47,811 nucleotides of DNA from the NCBI GenBank assembly GCA_030670085.1, contig DAOVCJ010000004.1, positions 1 through 47,811 on the forward strand, in the 5' to 3' direction. This DNA comes from Candidatus Aenigmatarchaeota archaeon. Lineage in GTDB: Archaea > Aenigmatarchaeota > Aenigmatarchaeia > QMZP01. Below are positions 37,987-47,000 of this stretch, in pieces. Positions within the stretch are counted from its first letter, which is position 1; every line of letters begins with the position of its first letter. Under the pieces are notes generated by a model. It had not been told where the DNA came from. It searched no databases and was given only the letters and a program-made list of their open reading frames with translations. A program made the position numbers and the translations under genes.

Positions 37987-38391
37987 ATGCCGTACAAATC
38001 ATCTGTTCCATTGTTCTGGAGGCTGAAGAAATCCAAGTATAACCTCATAGGAACAAAGTGCAACACATGCGACAAGGTCTTCTTTCCCAAGAGGAACCTC
38101 TGCCCTAACTGCAGAAGAAGGGGAAACCTGGATGATTTTCAGTTCAGTGGCAAGGGAAAGATAGTGTCCCATACGATAATCAGGGTTCCACCAGAAGGCT
38201 TTGAAAAATATGCCCCATACGCTGCAGCGATAATAGAGCTTGATGAAGGAGCAAGGATTTCAGGACAGATAGTGGGAGACATCAGCAAGGTAGAGACCGG
38301 AAAGCCGGTCAGGGCGGTTTTCAGGAAGATATACGAGGATGGAAGTGGTGGTCTGATTCATTATGGGATGAAGTGGGAGATGGCTGAGTAA
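37987..38391 (+). CDS. DUF35 Zn-ribbon/OB-fold scaffold of the thiolase/HMG-CoA synthase complex
   Basis: CNTC...FPKR..CPNC, G.G.I.S.T, PY..AIIELDEG and YG.K motifs; gene context. Confidence 0.92.
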   Translation: MPYKSSVPLFWRLKKSKYNLIGTKCNTCDKVFFPKRNLCPNCRRRGNLDDFQFSGKGKIVSHTIIRVPPEGFEKYAPYAAAIIELDEGARISGQIVGDISKVETGKPVRAVFRKIYEDGSGGLIHYGMKWEMAE

Positions 38392-38430
38392 CGAACGAAA
38401 GTATTTATATTTTAAAGACAATTTTCCTGT

Positions 38431-39177
38431 ATGGAAAAAATCATAGGCGTTGTTTCTGGTAAGGGGGGTGTAGGAAAAACAACATTTGTTGCGAATGTTG
38501 GACTATCCCTTATAGAGCTTGAAAAGGATGTTGTTGTGGTTGATGTTGACCTCTCAACCTCGAACCTTGGTCTTCAGCTGGGTTTTTACCAGTTCCCTAT
38601 GGGCCTTCAGGATGTTTTGGAGGGGAACATACCGATAACAAACGCAATATATACACACCCCTCGGGATTGAAGCTTATACCCGCGTCCATATCCCTTAAC
38701 TACCTAAACAGGGTCCCAACTCCCTACAGGCTTAAATCCCTGCTTAATGATCTGAGGGGATTGATCTTGGTCGATTCTCCTCCAGGTCTGAGGGACGATA
38801 GCATGCTCGTTCTGAAGGCGTCAGATGAGATACTTGTTCTTACAAACCCTGAGATACCAGCTGTCACTGACGCTCTAAAGGTTATAAAGATTGCAAGGGA
38901 GATGGGAAAGGAGCCAATGGGGATTGTTCTGAACAGGGTGAAGGACAAGTATGAACTAAAGCCTAAGGAGATTGAGGGTATGTGTGATGTTCCTGTTATA
39001 GGCGTGATACCCGAGGACAAGAATGTGAAAAAGAGCTTATTTGAAAAAACACCGATAATAAAATACAAACCATTCTCCCCAGCCTCCCTCGCTTTCCGAA
39101 AGGTTGCAGCAAACCTTATAGGTCAGGAATATTATTCACCAAGGTTCCCGAGACTCAGAAGATGGTTTGGAAAGTAA
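38431..39177 (+). CDS. minD: MinD-family ATPase (second paralogue)
   Basis: SGKGGVGKTT, DSPPGL, TNPEIPAVTDA and C-terminal RLRRWFGK. Confidence 0.85.
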   Translation: MEKIIGVVSGKGGVGKTTFVANVGLSLIELEKDVVVVDVDLSTSNLGLQLGFYQFPMGLQDVLEGNIPITNAIYTHPSGLKLIPASISLNYLNRVPTPYRLKSLLNDLRGLILVDSPPGLRDDSMLVLKASDEILVLTNPEIPAVTDALKVIKIAREMGKEPMGIVLNRVKDKYELKPKEIEGMCDVPVIGVIPEDKNVKKSLFEKTPIIKYKPFSPASLAFRKVAANLIGQEYYSPRFPRLRRWFGK

Positions 39178-39179
39178 AC

Positions 39180-39587
39180 TTACTTGGCAAGGGTTATGGT
39201 TTTTGAGGTGTTTCCAATAACTTCACCACTGTATATCAGTTCTGCTGTTAGATTGTATTCCCCGGGCGAGATTCCAGCACATCCATAGCATCTTGGCACA
39301 GTAACCAAAAATACAGTTTCATTCCCAGGCGAATTGATTCGAATGACTTTTTCTTCATTAATCCTGTATTTCCCGAACCTGTCTTCAATACCGTAAAACC
39401 TGACTATCGCAGAACCCAAGTCATTGCTACAAGCTGTAGAAACCCTTGCCTCCATATATTCTCCGGAGTGGTAGGTCTCGGTATCAGTCAGAATAGACAT
39501 ACTTATTTTCATCCCTTTTGGGATTTCGATTGCGATGTATCCGGTCATGTAGCTTGCTGCTGATAAAACAAATACCAGTAATACCAA
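39180..39587 (-). CDS. Small secreted Ig-like hypothetical protein
   Basis: Hydrophobic N-terminus; TDTETYHSGE...P.C.GC.GISPGEY.LTAEL beta-sandwich pattern. The start codon is uncertain (see findings). Confidence 0.65.
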   Translation of the reverse strand: MVLLVFVLSAASYMTGYIAIEIPKGMKISMSILTDTETYHSGEYMEARVSTACSNDLGSAIVRFYGIEDRFGKYRINEEKVIRINSPGNETVFLVTVPRCYGCAGISPGEYNLTAELIYSGEVIGNTSKTITLAK

Positions 39588-39693
39588 AAATAATATAAGT
39601 TTCTTTAGCGTTGTAAATATTTAAAAGATTTGATATAAAAACCTATCGACGGAAATAGACAGTTTAGCATGATATTGAAAATAGAAAATTGTT

Positions 39694-40161
39694 TCACTTC
39701 TTAGCAAGCTCGTAGAACTTCTGGCGTCGAACTGTCGTTCCCTTGACAGTCCCTCTTCTTTCCATATCCCTCAGATATTCGCTACATCTTGTCCTAGAAA
39801 GATTGATCAACCTGCTCAGTTGCGGGGTGGTAAGCTTTTTGTGCTCCCCGAGAAGTGACTTTATCATCCCCTTCACCTTCAAGGTTCTTACACTTTCTCC
39901 ATCAATCTGCTGGCTTCTTGTTGCAAGTTTTTCATACTCCAGAAACTCATAAATTCTGTCCCTCTTCACATCCTCTATCTTCTTTTCCATCTCCCTCAAT
40001 CTGAAGAGGATATCCTCCATCTTCTGCTCAACCCAGGGGGTTTTTATCTCCTCCCCCCTCTGAACCTTAATCCTTTCCTTCTGTAACTTGTTTTTAAGAA
40101 TAAGTAGGGAATCCAGCATCTCTTTCTTCTTCTTATCCACTCCCCTGCGAAACCCAATCAT
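39694..40161 (-). CDS. Coiled-coil plus C-terminal winged-helix transcriptional regulator
   Basis: LTTPQLSRLINLSRTRCSEYLRDMERRGTV.....RQKFYEL. Confidence 0.75.
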   Translation of the reverse strand: MIGFRRGVDKKKKEMLDSLLILKNKLQKERIKVQRGEEIKTPWVEQKMEDILFRLREMEKKIEDVKRDRIYEFLEYEKLATRSQQIDGESVRTLKVKGMIKSLLGEHKKLTTPQLSRLINLSRTRCSEYLRDMERRGTVKGTTVRRQKFYELAKK

Positions 40162-40170
40162 ACTATAGAT

Positions 40171-40184
40171 TTGTCGGTCGACAA
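40171..40184. promoter_or_regulatory. Palindrome TTGTCG-GT-CGACAA, candidate operator in a divergent promoter
   Basis: Perfect 6-bp inverted repeat abutting TTTAAA (40185-40190). A related GTCGACA at 40228 follows TTATATA. Confidence 0.45.
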
Positions 40185-40262
40185 TTTAAAGGTTTCGATT
40201 GGTTAGCTATCCAATTATATTATATACGTCGACACCTTGAGACTATATTGTGGGTATACCCT

Positions 40263-41084
40263 ATGCATAGTAAACGACTAATTTCTGGGAGAGAAGCCTT
40301 AGCCAAAGGCAGAAGGGAGTTGGGGCAGGTTCAGATTCTTGCAATATTCCTGTTCCTACTCCTCATACCCACAACCGTAATCATCGCGCAGAATTCGACT
40401 ATCAATTCAACCTTTACCGGAGATATTATAGAAGAAACCCCAGAAATTCCAATAATTAATGAAACCGAACCTTTACTGGATACAGAGAATGGTACAACAG
40501 ATACGATTGAAGAGAGTGTTGACGTTACGATAGAAGATAATACGACAGAGGTTAATGAAACTCAAGAAAACCCACCAGAAAATGTAACACAGGAAACAAA
40601 TGAAACAATAAATCAAACTCAGGAAAATGAAACAATTGAAATTCCATCCAATTACACAAACGAAACGGAAGCATCGGAGAATGTAACAATTCCTGACGAA
40701 TTAAACCAGACAGCAAACGAAACTGGGATTAATGAAACCCTTGAGCCAGAGCCAGTGATACCAGAAATAAATGAAACTATCAACGAAACAGAGAAAGCGA
40801 AAGCAATTCTAGATGTCGGGATAATCTCTCCTGACAAGGTAACGAGGGGCGAACCATTCGAGATAAGCGCTTATGCAATAAGCATGGGTTCTGCACTGGC
40901 GAAAGACGTTAGTATAGAATGGATTCTGCCAGATGGTTTTATCATATTATCAGGGAGCGGTAGCATTGATTGTCAAGAAGTTGCTCCACAAACCTCCTGC
41001 TGGAACAACATAACTGCTGCCGCTTCCCTTTCCTCCAATTTGGGCCTGAACGATATCAAGACCAGGGTGAGCTATAGTGAGTAG
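40263..41084 (+). CDS. Surface glycoprotein: membrane anchor, NxT-rich acidic stalk, C-terminal Ig/CARDB-like domain
   Basis: LGQVQILAIFLFLLL N-terminus; about 19 N-x-S/T sequons; SPDKVTRGE.F.I...W.LPDGF domain. Confidence 0.8.
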   Translation: MHSKRLISGREALAKGRRELGQVQILAIFLFLLLIPTTVIIAQNSTINSTFTGDIIEETPEIPIINETEPLLDTENGTTDTIEESVDVTIEDNTTEVNETQENPPENVTQETNETINQTQENETIEIPSNYTNETEASENVTIPDELNQTANETGINETLEPEPVIPEINETINETEKAKAILDVGIISPDKVTRGEPFEISAYAISMGSALAKDVSIEWILPDGFIILSGSGSIDCQEVAPQTSCWNNITAAASLSSNLGLNDIKTRVSYSE

Positions 41085-44000
41085 GAAATTCGGATTAAAA
41101 AGAATGAAATCTACGCTTGGTCAGTCAGAAATATTGGTTGCTGCACTTTTCATAGTTTTGGTCTCCGGCGCTGTGATTGCGCAGAACGCAACCAACATAA
41201 CCAACCTGACGGGAAATCTAGTGTTGGATTCCGAAGCGTTTGAAAATATAACCAATGATACCCTACAAAAAACTATCGAGATCACAAAAACGATAGAGAT
41301 ATATGCAAACTCACAAATGAATATCTTTGTAAATAATACAAACCCGTATCAGAACGAAACTATCTTTATCCAGGCTAGTCTGAATCTTGATAACGATTCT
41401 GCTCTCAGAAATCAAGACATAGAATTCTTCCTTGATGATGTTTTGATAGGATCAAGTCCAACCAACCCATTCGGCTTTGCAAACCTTGAATACGATTTAT
41501 CTGGTGAAACTCTTGGAGAAAAGACAATAAAAGCCGAGTTCCAGGGCCATGATTACATAAACCCATCCTCAGCTGAGAAAAAAATACATATCAAACATCT
41601 GAACAAAACAGAACCGGAAATTGAAATCAAGGAAATAGAATTTCCTGCTAAAGTAAATCAATCTGAATCATTTGAAGTGAAAGTAACAATTACCTCTCTT
41701 TACGCGACTTCGGAAAACGTAACCATCACATTAAGTTTACCTCACGGATTAGAGGGCGATAATCTGGTTAAATTTATACCTCGTATTGATTCAGATGAAT
41801 CTGTAGTCTTATCGTGGAAGGTTCAGGCCAGTTCTTGCGGAAATTTCAGTTTATTTCTTATTGTTGATACTGGAGAAGGTTCAAAATATCTAGAAAGTTT
41901 TCTCATATTTGTGAAATGCTCGCCCTCAGTTCAGACAAACCACATAACCTATGACCCAGAAACCGATACTATAACAATCGTAGGCAACGGTACATACTGC
42001 AGCGAATCAAATCCCTGCAGTTTGGAGGACATCTACAGAGCAGACCAGCAAAACGGTTGGAACAGGATAATCAAAATCGATCACTATTACAGCTTTAATC
42101 CAAGGATTGTTTTTGGTGACGGAACAAATGAAACCTGGGTCACATCCGAACTCGAACAGATGACAATCAAGAAACCCTGGATAATCAAAAATAATGCAAC
42201 CCTGAAGTTTGGTGAACTAATAGGAGGCATCCCCTTCAGAGGAGGTTTGCTTCAAACCAATATTTCCAGATCATACGAACTTGATAACAATACCGCACTG
42301 TTGGTCGAGCCCGGTGGAAACCTGATTCTTTATGATACAACCTATAAGGTTTTTGCCACTACTGCTGAAAACAATATCCGTATTGAAGAAGGCGCAAGAA
42401 CAGTACTTGAAAAGTTGGGAATCCAGAGAGCGTATAACGATTTCAAGACAACCAAGATTATATATCCTCCAAGCATAAAGGTCAATAATACTTTCTTGGG
42501 TTTTAATGTACTATCCGAATGTACAGACGACAGATGCCCAGATATTTTTAGAAGATTAAATAATGTATCTGGAAAAAAGCAAGGCATAATCATTCTTGAT
42601 GCGCACCGACAGCCAGAGGAGGGAGAGAACTGGACGGTCAGGTTCGTTACCAGCGGTACTGGGGACCTTGTAATTAATTTTCTAAACGAAAGCTCTTCTG
42701 AGCTTGAATTTCTTGAATTGAAATGTGGAGAAAGTGAAGCTGAGTATGTCTTCAATGGAGCATCAGTAATCGCAGAGGACTGGGGTTGCTCGGAAGAAGC
42801 GATGATATCAACAATGATCCTGAAAAAGGGTACGCACTTACTGGAATTTGAATACGCTGGTGATAAGAAGTATGCAAAAAATACAGACTACTCTCCCCCC
42901 TGTTTTACCTGGTCCTCAACTACATGGACAACCGCCATAGTAAACATTACAGGTAACAATGGGACCTGTTGTGATACTAGGAGTACTGCATGCAACTTCG
43001 TGGACTACGACGACAGCATGCCATCCTCCTTGAAGTTAACAAAGGTTGACAATTACATCTACAACATCCCAAGAACAAGAATAGGTAATGATGTAAACAT
43101 AACGTGGTTCGAGACTCACAACGAACTCATCAGATTAGACTTCTGGTTTGAAGTGCGTGAGAAGGGACATTTAATCTCAGGTGCATTTGTTGAGGGTGGT
43201 CCACAGCAAGGTAGTGTATGGAATACCTACAACAATTACAGCACGGAACAGATTTGCGATCAAGCCAAGATGTGTGCAAGGGATGATGGTTCAACTGATG
43301 GTGTCCCCGGTGGGTCATTATACTTTTATGATTCAAGATACCAAGTTTACTCCTCAACTGAAAGAAATAATATAGATGCTGGGTCAACTGCCACAGGCAT
43401 TGATGGAGGAGGAAACGGAACGCAATACGTAGAGATAAGAATGCTTACCGTTCAGAGAGCCTTTAAACATTATAACTATGTAATAGTATACCTCCCAGGA
43501 AATTCCAGTGTAAGTGATTATGCATTCTTCAACGGAAGGTATGGTGTAGAGATCAGTGGTGTGGCAGAGAAACCTTGGGATGTTTTAAATATACATGATG
43601 CCTGTGCTGGGATAAGGGTTTGCTATGCAAACGGAAAAGTCAAGAATTACGTGTCCTACAACAGCGACCTTGATATAAGAATAGGTTATCACAACCTGTA
43701 TGTAATAGACTCCCAAATTAATGAAAGTCTATTATACGGTAACTCCCAATGTCCAGATAGTTATCAAGATGCATGGGATACTTGTGGTTCAGGGGTTTCT
43801 CCAGGAGGAACGATTAACGATAGATGGATCATGCTCCAGAATACCTATAACGTTAAAATACTGGACATAACAGGACAACCAATTGAAAACGCCACTGTTA
43901 TTGGAAGGGATGTGAGAAGAGATTTGATATTTAATAATCTGACATATGCCAACGGTACTATTGACGAAAAGGTAATGAATTACAGAAAATATTGGAACGA

Positions 44001-47000
44001 TTCGACAACCAACCCATCAACGCCTGTATATCTGGAGAGGGCAACTTACACACCACACCAAATTGATTACAAGAAATACGGAAAAGTGTTTATCAAAAGT
44101 ATATCAATTTTCGATGAACCCAGAAGCCTTACCCAGCAACTTTTGGATAATAATTACATAAATATGACAGAGTCTGAAGCCAAAGCCCAGACAGGAATAA
44201 TCTACGCTCCACCCTTAAATATGAATTATAGTTCAAACGAAAGTGAAACCGTTTCCAGCGGTCAGATCACACTAGATAACAGTCCGATTCCCCAGTCAGA
44301 ATATCTTGCCTTGTTCGACGAGAGTTTGCCAATAGAAGACACTTATACGTATCAGGAATCCAAATTAATTTCCTCAACCAATTATACTGTGAATTATGAA
44401 ACCGGTGTTGTTAACATATCATCCGGGTATAACGGAAAGATGGTGAGAGCAGTCTATTACTATGGGGGAAACATCACCATCACAGAAAACAAAACATTAA
44501 GTAATATTTATGACTATATGCAGGCCAACCTGTCTGATACCTTTACCACAAGCACAGGCACAACCTATATCTCTTATGTTGATTTCATATTGGGTAATAG
44601 CAGTAACGAAGGGAGAGTAGTTGAAACCGATGACAGAACCTTAAACATTAAAGACGGATATGGATTCTCTGCAGCTTCCGGTAATGGTACCACAGTTAAC
44701 ATTCTGTCAGACACTTGGAACTTCACATGGTTCTCAGACAATGGAACATTCTTCAGAAAGTATACGCTTGATGTAACAGTTCAGGACCCGAACGGGGATC
44801 CGATAGAAAATGCCACGGTTAATCTAACCGATGTGAATGGAAACACAGTCTTTGTGATCAATACGTCATCTGATGGGACCATACCACAACAGGAAGTAAC
44901 TTATGCTCTGTACAACTACACAGGCAACGAAGCGTTCTCTCCATTCACACTAAGAGTAACCAAAGATCCATACACCCCATACAGTGCTCCACTTGATTTG
45001 GACAGAAAAACATCCTTGACTGTAACCATGTCTATACCCTGCAACCCCGATCTGAATTACGAATACGAAATCTTGTCCGGCCATGACGTCAACACGAACA
45101 GGAGTGCTACTGCCGGAAACTTAACAATGGTAGTTCTGGTTAAATATGGAGAAGGCTTTACACAGACAGATGATCAGGAACCAGGAGAAACCCAGAAAAA
45201 AGCACAAGGACCATCAGAAACTTTTAAAGAATTTTTTGATGGTTTTGAAGATGGTTTAACTTCCAACTGGACTGTTATTGGTGACCCGGGAACTTACAAC
45301 AGAACAACAGCAGAGACAAGCGCCTGCACAATGTCACCGCGAACTGACTCCTATTTCCTGAGGATGGATGTTGACACCGATAACAACCAAGAAACGAATA
45401 TTTTAAAGACAAACTATAGTTTCACAGGGGCAAGCAATATAATTCTGGATTTTTACCACGAAGAAACCGGTGATGAGAATACTGCTTGTTCTGACCACTC
45501 CGGAGATGATTCGGACTGTGATGGTTATTTCTTTACGTGTGATGGGAATTACTGGTATGCTTTGGGGAATCTGGTAGATCCCTCTGGTTGGACAAATGCG
45601 AATGTGAACATATCAGCAGACCCTGATTTTTGCAGCGAAGTCAACAGTTCCTTTGCAATTAAAATCACACAATATGATAACTATGCATGCACTAATGATG
45701 GTAGATACTTTGATGATATTAATATATCCTACATTCTCTCAACTCCAGGTGATACAGAGTCAACAACCGGTTGGACAACTTACAATGACACGAGTTCAGA
45801 GGAGATAAGCAACATCAAAAACATCACAGTCATAATTAACATCTCTGTCTACAACAACTCCGGGTCTGCAGCAGCAGGAAACAACGATCCTGATTTGCAG
45901 CTGGAAATATACAATGGCTCCACTTGGATTGAAATTGGAAACTTCAGTGTTAGTGGAACAGGCAACGTGAGTCTCTGGACAAACGAATCTACCATCTTAA
46001 CAGCTTGGGAAACCGCTGCAAACAGGGATTTGAGAATAAGGGGAGTAAATTTTGACTACTACAATGCAAGCAACATTGATGAAATCAACTGGACTGATGT
46101 TTGGGTGAATATAACTTATGGTGGTAATGCGGTTGAAGAAGGAAAATCAGTTAAACTATACATAACCAAAGTGGGCTCTGGAGCAGGCGCTACCTGGGAT
46201 TCTGGGAGGACTCTACAAACAAATGCTTCTGGTCATGTAAACTACAGCTTCTTCCCAACATGTGATAATCTATCAACACCATTAGTTGATGAGGAGTACG
46301 AGGTAGGAGATCACGATTGGTATACGGTAATAACAACAACAGAAGACCCGAATTTATGCCAAGATGACCAATCGGATACTTGGAACTTCACAGTCATCGG
46401 GACACTAAGCAACACAATAGACCTTCCGGATGGGAGTGAAAACTATACTGCAGCAGATACCATACTCGTACAGGGTGCTGTTGAAAACTACTGTGAGGAG
46501 CCAATCACACTAAACGAGACAACAGAAATAAGCTACAACCTATCAACAGGAGGTTATACTACAAACTGTACACCAATAGAAAGGCTTGGAGCAAACGTGT
46601 ACAAGTGCAACTGGAACCCTGATCAAACAACATCAGCAGGTTACTACAATGTGACAATGTGGTCAAACTACACGAATTATTATGAAAACACAACGGTAAA
46701 GGAAAACATATTCTACATGACAACAAGCCCAAGTCTTACCGAGGCGAATGTCACACCAAGACAGAACTCTTGGAATTTATTGCATAACTTCTCAGTAAGG
46801 GTGGCAGATAACCTTGGAGATATAGTCAATTTAACGCTTCAGGAACAGATACTGGGGCAAACATGGTATGATGTTGGATGGAAAACCTGCGAGAACTGCA
46901 GTAATACCACAGAAGGATATACGACACTGAATTTTAGCAAAACCTATCCTTGTTCTGGTTATGCAGGAGAATGGATGAAATTTAGATTCAGGGCAAACGA

